From assembly GCA_964016885.1 (NCBI GenBank), contig OZ024752.1, positions 19,096,001-19,160,000 of the forward strand: a stretch of DNA of 64,000 nt, given 5' to 3'. This document shows, in pieces, positions 27,927-40,715 of this stretch. Numbering within the stretch: position 1 is the first letter of the stretch; the number at the start of each line of letters is the position of its first letter. A program made the translations under genes and the position numbers. The notes under the pieces are model-generated. The model saw only the letters and a list, made by a program, of their open reading frames with translations. It made no database searches and was not told the origin of the DNA. This stretch comes from Eledone cirrhosa (Eukaryota).

Positions 27927-28420
27927 ACTCTGTAAAGTGGCAGTGCTGGTGCTGTGATGAACTACACCCAGTTGACTCTGTAAAGTGGTAGTGCTGGTGC
28001 TGTGATGAACTACACCCAGTACACTCTGTAAAGTGGCAGTGTTGGTGCCATGATAAAATACACCCAGTTGACTCTGTAAAGTGGCAGTGTTGGTGCTGTG
28101 ATGAACTACACCCAGTTGACTCTGTAAAGTGGCATTGTTAGTGCCATGATAAAATACACCCAGTTGACTCTGTAAAGTGCTATTGCTGGTGCTGTGATGA
28201 ACTACACCCAGTTGACTCTGTAAAGTGGCAGTGTTGGTGCCATGATAAAATACACCCAGTTGACTCTGTAAAGTGGTATTGCTGGTGCTGTGATGAACTA
28301 CACCCAGTTGACTCTGTAAAGTGGTATTGTTGGTGCCATGATAAAATACACCCAGTTGACTTTGTAAAGTGGTAGTGCTGGTGCCATGATAAAATACACC
28401 CAGTCCACTCTGTAATGTGG
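27927..28420. repeat. 48-bp tandem repeat, about 10 copies, alternating A/B variants
   Basis: Unit actctgtaaagtggcagtgttggtgccatgataaaatacacccagttg. Confidence 0.95.
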
Positions 28421-28782
28421 TATTTCTGTTATTACAATAATATGTACTGAGTAGATTTTTCCAAGTAGTTGGCATTAGGAAGGGCATCTAGCCATGGAAA
28501 CCATGCCATAAATGGAACATACATGAACACACACACACATGTATATATACACACACACTTACATACATACAAGCTAGACAAAGCACTCCAACCCATCCAG
28601 TCTCAAGCCATGAGAATATGTCCAATCCATGGAGGTCGATAAAATAAAGTGCCAGTAATACACTGGGGTTGATTTAATCGACACCCCCCTCCCCCCAAAT
28701 TGTTGGCCTTGTGTCTAAAGTAGAAACCATTACTGTTTCTTTTTATTCAGAAAATGAAAGTTCACTTTTTTGTTACAAAACT

Positions 28783-29870
28783 GTGTATGTGAACATGTAT
28801 ATCTACATGTGTATCTACATGTGTATCTAAGTGTGTATCTACATGTGTATGTGAACATGTATATCTACATGTGTATGTGAACATGTATATCTACGTTTGT
28901 ATGTGAACATGTATATCTACGTGTGTATCTACATTTGTATGTGAACATGTATATCTACATGTATATCTGTGTGTATATCTACATGTGTATGTGAACATGT
29001 ATATCTACATGTGAATCTACATGTATATCTACGTGTGTATGTGAACATGTATATCTACGTGTGTATGTGAACATGTATATCTACATGTGTATGTGAACAT
29101 GTATATCTACATGTGTATGTGAACATGTATATCTACGTGTGTATCTACATGTGTATGTGAACATGTATATCTACGTGTGTATCTAGATTTGTATGTGAAC
29201 ATGTATATCTACGTTTGTATGTGAACATGTATATCTATGTGTGTATCTACATTTGTATGTGAACATGTATATCTACATGTGTATGTGAACATGTATATCT
29301 GCGTGTATATCTACATGTATATCTACGTGTGTATCAACATGTATATATACGTGTGTATCTACATGTGTATGTGAACATGTACATCTACATGTGTATGTGA
29401 ACATGTATATCTACATGTGTATCTACATGTGTATGTGAACATGTATATCTACATGTGTATATCTACATGTGTATGTGAACATGTACATCTACGTGTGTAT
29501 CTACATGTGTATTTTAATATGTGTGAACATGTATATCTACATGTGTATCTACATGTGTATTTTAATATGTATGTGAACATGTATATCTACATGTGTATCT
29601 ATGTGTGTATGTGAACATGTATATCTACATGTATATCTACATGTGTATGTGAACATGTGTATCTACATGTGTATGTGAACATGTATATCTACGTGTGTAT
29701 CTAGATGTGTATGCATGTGTGTGTACATGTGTTTTTGCATGTGTATGTGTGTATGTATACATGTGTTTGTATGCATGTGTGTGAGTACATGTATGTACAT
29801 GTTCCTGCATGTATTGGTGTGAGCATATATGTATGTGTGCATGTGTAAGTTTGTATGCGTGTGTGTGTGT
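28783..29870. repeat. Complex low-complexity microsatellite (gtgaacatgtatatctacatgtgtat variants)
   Basis: Directly visible. Confidence 0.9.
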
Positions 29871-29882
29871 GTATTTATTTAA

Positions 29883-30079
29883 CCCTTTAATATTCAAACC
29901 AGCCAAAACCAGCCAGAATTCTCTACCTCTTTCTGCTGTAACTGGCCACTCATACTGATGTTAAGGTGTTGTTCTCAAAATATATACTTTCAAAATCTCA
30001 TAGATTCGATATTATGTGAGGTAAAACCTTTACCATGAAAATATAATAGTTTATATAGAGTAATGTGAATGTTAAAGGG
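29883..30079 (-). mobile_element. piggyBac-type MITE copy (reverse orientation)
   Basis: ccctttaatatt ... aatgttaaaggg termini; body is the reverse complement of the 40921 copy. Confidence 0.65.
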
Positions 30080-30136
30080 TTGACATCACATTTTGTGAAC
30101 TAAGCTATAGTATCGTCGGTCACAGGTTTGTCTGAG

Positions 30137-30215
30137 CCAATCAATGGGTCACAGCATTTTTGATAGTGAGAGTAGCAGGAAGTGTCTCTAACAGGAAGTC
30201 TCTGTGACAGGAAAT
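30137..30215 (+). promoter_or_regulatory. Candidate cis-regulatory cluster: CCAAT box plus three ETS-like CAGGAA(G/A)T motifs at 16-bp spacing
   Basis: ccaatca at 30137; caggaagt at 30176 and 30192; caggaaat at 30208. Motif match only. Confidence 0.3.
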
Positions 30216-30847
30216 ACCTGTGGCTTCGTTTATCTCAAGGGACTTTTTTTCTAAAGCACAAGTGTTTTTATTTCTTCTTTTTTTTCTCTTCTGTCTGCCA
30301 CCGTTTATATCCTTTGCCAATAAACATTGACAAAGGATATAAATTTACATCATCATCATCATCATCATATATCCACCACTTTCTATTCTTGTATAGGTTG
30401 AATAAGATTTTATTGAGGCAACATTCTATAGCTGGATGCCCTTCCTGATGTCAACCCATATTTTATTCTTACAAAAGCAATTTACCTTTACACATCTGAG
30501 AGATGCAAGGCTAAAGATAATAATCTACTAAATTTACAGTGAACGCTGAAGCAGTCCTCCGTCATTGATACTTAAAGTTTCCTCTATCATCAAAATCCAA
30601 GAGAACAAACACGTCAATAATATATATATATACACACATTTATGTTTAGTGGTTCACCACTGGATAGAACTGGTCATTTATTTTGGTTAACCATGGAGTA
30701 ATAGTAGGAAAAGCACTCTACATTACACAACTCATCCATCTTTGATATTGGTTTCTGTGGTTGTTGCAGGAACAGAGTTAAATATTGGTTTGATTAAAAT
30801 AACAGGCTGGAGTGGTGATGTTCTTTTACAGTTTTATTGTTGCAAAA

Positions 30848-30909
30848 ACACTATATATATATATTTCAATGGTTTGGTTATGTAAGATCCTGGCGACATC
30901 ATCAGGTGT
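30848..30909 (-). ncRNA. Degenerate minimal hammerhead ribozyme in a Penelope-type repeat (~30640-30950)
   Basis: Reverse complement reads acac-CTGATGA-tgtcgccagg..-GAAA-(ta)n-TA-gtgt; same family as 54052. Confidence 0.5.
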
Positions 30910-32027
30910 GGATTGCATAATTAGTTAATCAATAAAAGAATTATGGTATACAGTAACAGAGAAAATATAGAAAAAAGTATTTGATTCGGAGATGGCCTGC
31001 TACCTACATATTATTGTTGCCACAGACATTTGGAACCTGTAACTTATTGGAAACCTTTTACTACCCTACTGTTCACCAATTATGATATAAAATAATTAAA
31101 AAAACACAAAATCAAATGTAAAATCCTTAAAATGGAAATAATTAAGGTAGCTATAGTTGAAGTGTTTCAAACTAAGTTTTAGCAGACACATCATACACAT
31201 ATCAGGAATTTGATAAACCCTTGTTTGGTTGCCTCTTATCAGGAGAACAATAATATCTGAACGTGTTTTTGAATCTGTTTCCTGAGCTCTAGAAGGTAAT
31301 ACCTTGTTGTAGTCGCTGTACAACCTCTGTTGGTTCTGATAAGTATTCTAGTTGTTTGATCATTGTTATAACCTGCTAATATACAAGTGGTTGAACATTT
31401 CACAGACACGTGTACCTGTAACATAATTTTCAGCAAAATTCAACATGACACTGTGTGATAACATTGACCCTTTAAATTACAGGTACAACTCATTTTATTT
31501 TTTTCAGTTGAGTGGACTGGAACAACAGGAAATAAAACCTGGGTGTGTCAAAGACACAATTCACTTCCAGGAATTAAACACTCAACCTTACAATCAAACA
31601 CACTAATGACTGAGCCACACAACTTCATAATACCTCATTACATAGTTATTTATTTCATTATTAGCCTACTTTGATCTATTTACTTATATGTGACATTACA
31701 TTAGCTGGAGTGAAGCTCATAAAAGATATTCAAAAAGCTAGGAGGAGGATTAGACCTTCACTTTGCTTATTGTTCCTTTGAATAACATCAGATTATTTAA
31801 TCTAATTGATATATAATATTGAGGTGAGTGGTGGTGGTGAAGAGGTGACAACTAGTTGCAGTTGTTGCTATTTACCATAGTTATTAGTTCCTGTACAAGC
31901 TATTTCTATTACTCTCACTGCAACTGTATTGTTTATTTACTATGTTGTTGACTAAAATATTAACCATACAATTAAGTTTGATATTTTCTTACATAGTTAA
32001 ATATTTAATTTTTTTTTTATTTTTAAG

Positions 32028-32225
32028 ACATTGAAATCAATCGACTTGAACAGTCCTGACCCCCAAAACTATAAACACCTGAGTCCAAATCATCATTTGT
32101 TTATATTTGAGAAGTTTGGTCTGAGAATTATGGCTGAACCAAATGATCTTTTTAATCCCTATCGTTTAGTTGTGGATGGTTTTATTGGAGAAGATCAGTG
32201 TCAAGAATTGATAAACTTAGTCAAT
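32028..32225 (+). CDS. P3H: P3H/leprecan-like gene, exon A (start of dioxygenase module 1): TLKSIDLNSPDPQNYKHLSPNHHLFIFEKFGLRIMAEPNDLFNPYRLVVDGFIGEDQCQELINLVN
   Basis: Poly-T acceptor ...tttttaag| and donor |gtaagt; 198 nt, phase 0-0. RLVVDGFIGEDQCQELINLVN matches the recalled P3H1 segment RVVMDGVISDHECQELQRLTN. Upstream exons not identified. Confidence 0.85.
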
Positions 32226-32304
32226 GTAAGTATTTCAGTTAAACTGTTTATTTTTCTTCCTTATCCTCTTCAGTGCCACAGACGAGATAACTCGCCCTAA
32301 CATG

Positions 32305-32812
32305 TTTGAACTCTTTTCCAACAGTTTATAACTTCAACTTCAAAGTTATGAACTCATTTCCAACAGTTCATAACTTCAAAGTTATGATCTTGTTTCCAAC
32401 AGTTCATAATTTCAAAGTTATGAACTCATTTCCAACAGTTCATAACTTCAAAGTTATGATCTTGTTTCCAACAGTTCATAATTTCAAAGTTATGAACTCA
32501 TTTCCAACAGTTCATAACTTCAAAGTTATGATCTTGTTTCCAACAGTTCATAATTTCAAAGTTATGGACTCATTTCCAACAGTTCATAACTTCAAAGTTA
32601 TGATCTTGTTTCCAACAGTTCATAACTTCAAAGTTATGAATTCATTTCCAACAGTTCATAACTTCAAAGTTATGAACTCATTTCCAACAGTTGATAACTT
32701 CAAAGTTATGATCTTGTTTCCAACAGTTCATAACTTCAAAGTTATGAACTCATTTCCAACAGTTCATAACTTCAAAGTTATGATCTTGTTTCCAACAGTT
32801 CATAACTTCAAA
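32305..32812. repeat. 36-bp tandem repeat, about 14 copies, mostly alternating variants, each with an internal hairpin
   Basis: Unit ttcaaagttatgaactcatttccaacagttcataac; gttatgaac/gttcataac are inverted. Confidence 0.95.
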
Positions 32813-33618
32813 GCTAGATGGGGTTACTAATTTATTAATGTGATATTTGTCAATCATTCAGATATGTGTTGTTAATAAATGTTAGTTTAAAAAAATAGTA
32901 ATTTTACTGACAAAAACTGGCACAGCAACTGTAACAGTGTAAAATATACACGGCAGTCAACAGGTTAAAAGCTTACTTTTGAGTATAACATACTTGGACT
33001 TGATGTTTGAAAGAAGGCCATTGGTTTCTTTGGATAGCCATGAAACATAATAGCTTTAAAAGAGTTAAAGTTTGTCTCAAGCCTAGAGGCTCATCAGGTC
33101 AGAGCTTATCATGCTTTTGTTGGTGTTAAGTGATTGACAGCGCAAGATTGCCACCTAGAACAGGATGCTAGTCATAGCAGTGTTAACTCCCTGCTACTTC
33201 AGGTACTCTGTTTAGCTGAATGTACTGGAGCAATGTGAAATGGCAAAACGGTAACAAAATCCCACTTTGGAATGGGTGTTTTAGCCCATTCCACGATGGT
33301 TACTAGAAAGATGTTTTTCCAGCAGATAGAAAACAACCTTATCTAATTAACTGTGTCAAACTTTTGTGACAATTATCGACAAAAATAGAACAAAATTTAA
33401 AAAGACTCACCAGCGGCGTTAACAACATGCCATGATCGCTCATGATAATAATAATGATAAATAAAACAATAAGATTGCTCTCCTCATACTAATGAATGAG
33501 TAAACAAAATACCTTGAAACTATTCATTCTTCATTCATTCAAGACTAAAATTCCTGTTTACCTTTACTTAGTAACGCAATCTTTATTAATTTTGTCATTG
33601 ACATGTGTTATATGTATG

Positions 33619-33651
<33 letters not shown>

Positions 33652-34055
33652 TATGTATTTATTAAAATAACAGATTAAAGCTTAAGCAAAGAATCGCTGC
33701 TTTCACCCTTAACGGGATCTTCTGAAACTAAAAAAATCAATCTGTGGATGCAGAAGTAAATATTTCAAAAAACGTTGTAACCGAAGGAAAAGAGAAGGAC
33801 GATACTTTGGTTTGTGAAGACGTTCCCTGGCAATGAACGGAAGCAAAACGAAGATAGTACGTCGTTATATGGAGCGATGAGAACAATTACACACAGACAA
33901 AAAGCCAAAACCACGTTTATGGTATAAATGGAATCATTAGACTAATATTCTATTTAGGAAACTGAATGATTCTCAGAGTTTGGTTTTATATAGTTTATAT
34001 ATATATTATCCTTATCGAGCCCTCTTCACATTTTAGTCTTCACATTTATTATTAT

Positions 34056-34112
<57 letters not shown>

Positions 34113-34699
34113 ATGTTATACTTGGGGAGGGTCATATTGTTGTAATAATATTTGTTTCTACTTTTGGCACAATACCACCAATCACCCAGTGCATTACTGG
34201 TACTTTATTTTATCGACCCCGTACAGAAATAATAACAGAACACACTCACTGTTTGGTTGGTTTTCGCTTCTGTATCTTTTATATCTCCACAGTTAATTCA
34301 TTCAGTCCTCAATGTTTATAATTGACTGACCAACGGTCAAAAATATAGATATAAACACATATATATAGTCTAACAAAGTTCTTTCGTTGCACATCTGCAA
34401 CATCATCAGTGGTACTATTATGTTCCTCCTGTTGTATTGTATGTCTATACCATTTTTATTTTATCTGTTTATTTATTTATTTATTTTTGTCTTCTCTGCG
34501 CATGCATTTGCGTGTGTGTATAGTGTTTGGTGTGTGTTTGCGTTTGGGTGACTGTGTTTTGGTTATTGTATTCTATCTTCGTTTACTAGTGTGTGCTTAT
34601 ATGTGTTTGTTGTTATTGTGCTTGTGTATATATATTTCTTTATTTATTTATATTTCTCTTAGGCCAGTGTTGTTTGTTTGGGTGTTGTTGTTATTCCAT

Positions 34700-34993
34700 T
34701 CATTTTTTTTCTGTTTAGCTTTGGCCTTCTAAGCTCTATTTCACTTGCCTCTCTGATTTGCCTATCTGCTGGGTCATTTCTATGTTTAGATATTATTTTA
34801 ATTTCTATGTTGTCTGTGTTACCGTCATGTTGTTGTCTGACGTGTTCGTATAGTACTGAACCATTTTTTCGTCCTTTTAATTCCCCCCAGTGTTGGTCTA
34901 TCCGTTCTCCTATGCTTCAAGCTGTCTCGCCTATGTATGTTGTTGTCATGGTTCTGTAAGTACCCTCTGTACATCTTATGCTATAGACTACGT
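34700..34993 (-). pseudogene. GIY-YIG endonuclease fragment (Penelope-like element type)
   Basis: Minus strand reads VVYSIRCTEG..TYIGETA*SIGERIDQH..LYEHVRQQH..RQIREASEIELRRPKLN. Confidence 0.75.
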
Positions 34994-37900
34994 AGTCCTC
35001 AAGATCCAGCCAGCGAGTCATCTGCACATTGTCGCCACTTTCATGATGTGTGAGGGAAAAGATGCATCATCGCTCATGTCTATACCCAGGTCTCATATCG
35101 ATTTTGACACGGGGATATCGGTCCCTCCTGGACCTGCGTAACTGTGTTGTACTGTATTTGTGTTTGCAGGTTTGTATTGTAGGGCTTGGAATTTGGCAGC
35201 ATTAAACTGCATGTTGTTTTCTTCCGCCCATTTGTATATGGCATCCAGATCTTGTTATAAAAGGGCAGTGTCAGCCGGGGTTTTGATTGCCTGTTCTACC
35301 TTAGTGTCATCAGCATAGCTAGTGAGGGATGTTGTATGTACTACAGAGGGCATGTCTGAGAGAGCCACCAAAAACAGTAGTAGTCCCAGGACTGTCCCTT
35401 GGGGCACCCCACTTGTTATTGATGTTTCCTTTGAGAGGGCCCCGTTTGCTGCGACTGTTTGGCTTCTGTCCTTTAAGAAGTCATGCAGCCACTCACCTAC
35501 TTTTCCAGTTATGCCGAGTCCGTGTAGTTTGTGACATATCATTCCGTGGTCGACTTTGTCAAAGGCCTTCGCAAAGTCAAGATATATCCCGTCCACATGT
35601 GAGCTGTCTAGCAGTTGTTTCAGTACCTAGTTGTAGTGATGTAGCAGCTGTGTAAGGCAGCTTCTTCCTGGGTGGAAGCCATGCTGCGTGCTAGTCAGGC
35701 GGTCATTTTCCTCGAGGAAAGTGATCAGTTTCTTTCTGATGACTTGCTCCATGACCTTACTGATATGCGACGTCAGGGAGACTGGCCTATAGTTTTTGGC
35801 CTCCGCTCTGCTACCTCCTTTATGGATAGGGCATATTGTGCCTTCTTTCAGCTCCCTGGGTAGTATACCGCTAGCCAAGGAGCTTCTGAAGAGCGTCTTC
35901 AGTGGAGTTGCTAAGGCCCGCTTACATGTTTTTAAGAGGACTGCTGGGAATCCATCAGGTCCAGCAGCTGAGTCTGTTCTAATTTCATCTATGGCGTATA
36001 CCACATCCTCCTCCGTTATGTCTATGTGGTTGATTGTCGCCATTTGTTCATGTAGTGTTGTGGCATCAAAGAACTCCTCTGGTTTTGTTATTTGCATGTG
36101 CCTCAGTGGACATGTAAACACACTTTTGTACTGTTCGTTCAGTATGTCACATATCTCTTGGGGATTCTCGGTTAATGAACCGTCCGTATGGAAGAGTGGC
36201 CCAATCTTGCAGTGTATCGAGGCAGTTTCTTTTGCAAATTTAAAGAAGGCCTTAGGGTTTGTTTTTATATTTTCTATGGCCCTACTTTCTTTCTTTGCCC
36301 TCTCATTTTCATGGGAAAGTTTGATTGCAATCTCGGTGTCAAGTAGTGCACGTTTCAAATAGGATTCCTTCTTGTTTTTGTTTTCTTGTTGTGCATTCAA
36401 CTGGTTTGAGAGCTTGGTTCTACGTCTCATAAGAATTTTCCTATCTCTGGGAATAAGATTTTTGTGTCTGTTTGCCTTTTTCTCCGGGACAAACTTGTTG
36501 CATATAGTGTATATCGTTGTCATGAAGTGTTGAAATTGTGTGTTGGTGTCTTGTGTGGCGGTGTTTTCGCTCCATGTTTGCTTCCGGATTTCTCTCTTGA
36601 TCTTTTTCCAGTTAGCCTTGTAGAAGTTAAGGCTGGATAAGGTCCCGATGCTTCTTGATGGTTGTGTCTCTGTTGGTTCTCTCGGACCACATATTAGTTC
36701 TACTAAGTTATGATCCGAGAAAATTGTTGGTGTCACCTTTACGTTGTTTGTAAAACAGAGGTCCAGGACATTTTCACCTCTTGTTGGGAGGAGTACTGCT
36801 TGTTCCATGAACAGCCTGTGTGTGAGGGCCAGCAGGGATTCCGTCTGTCTCAGTTCTATTGACGTCATTCCAGGGAGGAGGTGGCCCTCAGGCCATTTGA
36901 CGTTTGGCAGGCTGAAGTCTGCCAGCAGTAGAATGTTGAGACCCTGGTCCAGTTTGTCAAGGACCTCTTCTATCCTACTGAGTGAGGCTATCCTCAAATT
37001 TACCCTCATGACTGAGGGCATCGGGCGGCTGATATGTGACACATATTACTGTCTGTAGTTGCTTCATATGTACTATCAGTGTGTCACAGACTGAGTTTGA
37101 ATGTGTCAACAGTACAATTGGTGTGACATCTTCACGGATTTACAGAGCAACCCCACCATGAGTTCTCTCCTACCTGTCCTAACGAAATACAGTATATTTC
37201 GGTATATGTATTTCTGCATCTGTTATACTGCTTGTCAGGTGCGTTTCGGTTAGTGCCATGCATAGTGCTTGATTGCTTATGGCTAAGTCTCCCAGGTAGG
37301 AAATTTTACTTATGTTACTGAGTTTCACCAGGCCTCTGACATTCAGCAGCAGCACTGGTGTGACTTTTGGTGTGCCAGCAATGGCTGTCGGTATGACACC
37401 TGGCCTGGTGTCAGCGGTGGCCACTCTGGATCCCTTAATTGTGGTGGTCTCGAGTGCTGGCGTGGGTGACCCTGGCTCTGAAAACGATGCAGCCAGGTCA
37501 GCTGTCCCACAATCTTCTCTGCCATCACTAAAAAATGTTTCTGCTCTGCTGCTGCCATCTGTATCTCGTCGGCATGTGCGTGCCCTCACCTTGTTGGCGC
37601 GGCATGCGCGACTTCAGCATTGGCTGGGCTTTAGCTGGGGCATGTTGTGCGAGTAGGATGGGGATGGGCATGGGCATAGTTCGTTTGGGGCCTGGGGTGA
37701 GCGAATCTGCAGCCCACCCCTGTCTCTCCATGCCAGCAGGTCCCTGAAGAACTTGCACATTACCTGGGTTTTCTTGCTCCCAGTGTCTTGGTGCTTTTTG
37801 TTCTTCCTTTGGACAGTTGTCCACTGGTCCCTCTCTGCATGGTTTTCCTTCGGAAGGTGATTTCACTTCTCACCTTCACCGTTTGCTTGTTGGTTGCCCG

Positions 37901-38450
37901 GCTTGCCCTCCCTGACTGTGGCGGTGGGTATCTCACTTACTTTCAGGTCCGTGCTTGTGCTTTCTTCCTTTTCCTTTTCTTTTTCCTTTCCTCTCTCTCC
38001 ACGTTTTTCTCCTCCTTGAAGACACGGCTTAGCATCGCCATATGTGGCGCTATGAGTTCATAGGCCTTCTCGATTTCTTTTCTTTTTCTTTCTATCTGCG
38101 CCAGAGTCCTCAGGAAGCCATGGTTCCTCAGGGTCTCCGCAATCTTTTTGCTTGGTGGTGACCCATCAGCCAGGCTCCACCCTTTGATCAAAACCGCTAG
38201 TTCCATCTTTGACCAGTTTCGCTGGTGTCTAATTTCACCTTTTCCCTGCATGCAGTCCATTTCGCCATGGAGGGGAGAGAGAGAGATAGCGGGAAGAGTA
38301 GGGAAAATGTTAGAGAGGGAAAGAGAGATAAGTCCAGTGAGAAATTCAAGGTGCGATTTAGAGGGAAAGAGAGAGAGAAAGAGAGCTTGTGCGATCTAGA
38401 GAAATTCAAGGTGCGATTTAGAGGGGAAGAGAGAGAGAGACTGCTCTAGA
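34994..38450 (-). mobile_element. CR1/L2-group LINE: 5' ORF with Myb/SANT-like segment, then APE endonuclease + RT with a few stops
   Basis: LLLNVRGL/LTETHL/SDHNLV (APE); SAAGPDG, NYRPVSLTS, QHGF, LDFAKAFDKVDH, SGVPQGTVLG, YADD (RT). 3'-truncated. Confidence 0.9.
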
Positions 38451-39205
38451 GATAGAGAGAAAGAAGGAAAGAAGGAGAGATAGCAGCGTATAATTTAAAC
38501 GGCCAATGACAACCTTAAATATCAATGTTGTTCGAAAAACAATAATATTTTGCGGTTAAAACACCAAAACAAAGTGAAAACAAATGATATCAACATGAAA
38601 TATAAAAGGAAAGGAGAGGAGACAAAGTAAACAGATTAAAATAAGTTAATGAAACCCAAATAAGTTAAAGATATAGAACCGCGAAGGATTTATATTTGAT
38701 TTTAGCTGCAGTTATCGGCTTGTTTAGAAATATAAACAATGGTGCACACATATATATATGTATGTATGGGTTTACCGAACATTTATTATAATGTTCGGTT
38801 TGTTTGTAAACAAACAGCCCGAATTACGCCGTACAGTGTTCGGCAACCATCGTCGCCTTTTTGTTCAACACTGACACAGGAACGATGTACTAGTTTCAAG
38901 CTTATTAGCTATCGTCATCATCATATACCTTCCTGTCAGATAATAGAATGTTTGAAAGAATGTACTTTCCTTATGCATATTAACGGCTGAGCAACCTAAT
39001 TTGCATATCGAGTGAGTTAGCCGGCCGGGCGTACCGAAAACGATAAATGGAAAAGAACGTTTGAAAGTATATACTTTCCTTATGCATATTAACAGCTGTT
39101 TACAAACGAAGGGTGCTCTGAAAGTACAGTAGCCAGAGTCAGAACGGGATGGAAAAAGTTCAGAGAGCTTATACCACTATTTATATATCACTTATTATAT
39201 TTCGA

Positions 39206-39263
39206 ATACCTGATGATATCACCGGATTCATACGGAACCCGGTCATTGAAATGATCATAGTAT
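39206..39263 (+). ncRNA. Minimal type I hammerhead ribozyme
   Basis: atac-CTGATGA-tatcaccgg..ccggtcatt-GAAA-tgatca (palindrome)-TA-gtat. Confidence 0.65.
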
Positions 39264-39480
39264 AATAAACCTTTCAAGGATTTACACAAATCCAGCCTCC
39301 TGTCATTTCATTATAATATTTAACTCCGTAATAGCACCACCAACTACAAAAACAAAGACGGTTGAACTGCTTTACGTTGAGTACTCTCTATATTATTGCA
39401 TTGAGATTGACCATACGGAATAGACCAGCTCTATACAGTGGTGAACCTCAAACCTGAATATATATATATGTATATATATG

Positions 39481-39518
<38 letters not shown>

Positions 39519-39736
39519 TGTATATCTACCAACATATATATACAGATGCATACCTATGCTAGCAAATATATAGGTTTTGTCTTAGTAACTTTGTGGTTCA
39601 ATGCAAGGGGATGCAGAACAATAATATTAAAGACATAAAATAAGAAAATTATAAAAATTAACTTACTTACTAAAATTTCACTCCAACTAATTAGTTTCTG
39701 AAAGGGAATAAACATGGTTTCCGAAGGAACCATGGA

Positions 39737-39940
39737 GAAATCCTTTCGTCATCAGGGAAGTCTATTCTCAGCTAAGTTCCCAGGCAATGCAGGGAACTTA
39801 TACAAAAATAATTCAGTGGATGTTAGTCCACGCTTTGCTTTTTTCCATCCACTGAATTATTTTTGTATAAGTTCCCTGTGTCCACACATTGCCTGGGAAC
39901 TTAGCTGAGAATAGACTTCCCTGATGACGAAAGGATTTCT
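39737..39940. repeat. Fold-back inverted repeat (~90-bp arms) with partial hammerhead core
   Basis: gaaatcctttcgtcatcagggaagtctattctcagctaagttcccaggcaatg.. is mirrored at 39860-39940; contains CTGATGA. Confidence 0.8.
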
Positions 39941-40212
39941 GAAGAGGTCACAGACTGTGTGACAAAAGAACTTTGACAATATATGAACAACCGTCTGGTT
40001 GTGGAACCAACCAACCGGAAATTTATTATTTTTTTTTTTTAAATAAAAAATAAAAATTAATTTATAATAAATTGGAGTGAAAGCAACTGGTGCGTGTGTT
40101 TCTTATTGGCAACATGACCCTCCCAAAGTATAACAATATATATATATGTACACACACACACATATACACGCATATATATATATATAATATGTTATTATTT
40201 ATTCCTGTTCAG

Positions 40213-40266
40213 CTTCAGAGAACTGGTGATGGTATCCAGACACTAACTGTACAAGAAACTATTGAA
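40213..40266 (+). CDS. P3H: P3H-like exon B (module 1): LQRTGDGIQTLTVQETIE
   Basis: ttcctgttcag| acceptor and |gtaaga donor; 54 nt, phase 0-0. Shortened version of the P3H GDGY..SPHT..E.F.G.TV..ALK exon. A second in-frame AG 6 nt downstream is possible. Confidence 0.7.
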
Positions 40267-40369
40267 GTAAGATATATTTGTTTGTTTTATGAGTTTCAAT
40301 AACCTGACCTATTGATCTCTCAGTTGATCAGTTGGTAGGCATAACTTTTATTGATTGATTTATTGTCTC

Positions 40370-40434
40370 TGTGTGTGTATAATGTTTGTGTGTGTGCTTG
40401 ATTGTGTTTATATGTGTATGTGTGTGATTGTGTT

Positions 40435-40491
<57 letters not shown>

Positions 40492-40715
40492 ATCTTAATA
40501 TTTGTGTGTGTGTGTGTGATTGTTTGTGTATGTATGTGTGTGTGCATGTGCAATTGTGTGTACATATGTGTGTGTGCATGTTAAAGTTTGTGGTAGTGTG
40601 TGTGTGTATGTGCGTGTGTGCATGTGTGTGTATGATTGTGTTTGTGTCTGGTGTATGTGCGTGTGTGCATGCGTGATTGTGTGTGCGTATGTTTGTGGTA
40701 GTGTGTGTGTGTGTC
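40370..40715. repeat. (TG)n-rich microsatellite
   Basis: Directly visible. Confidence 0.95.
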
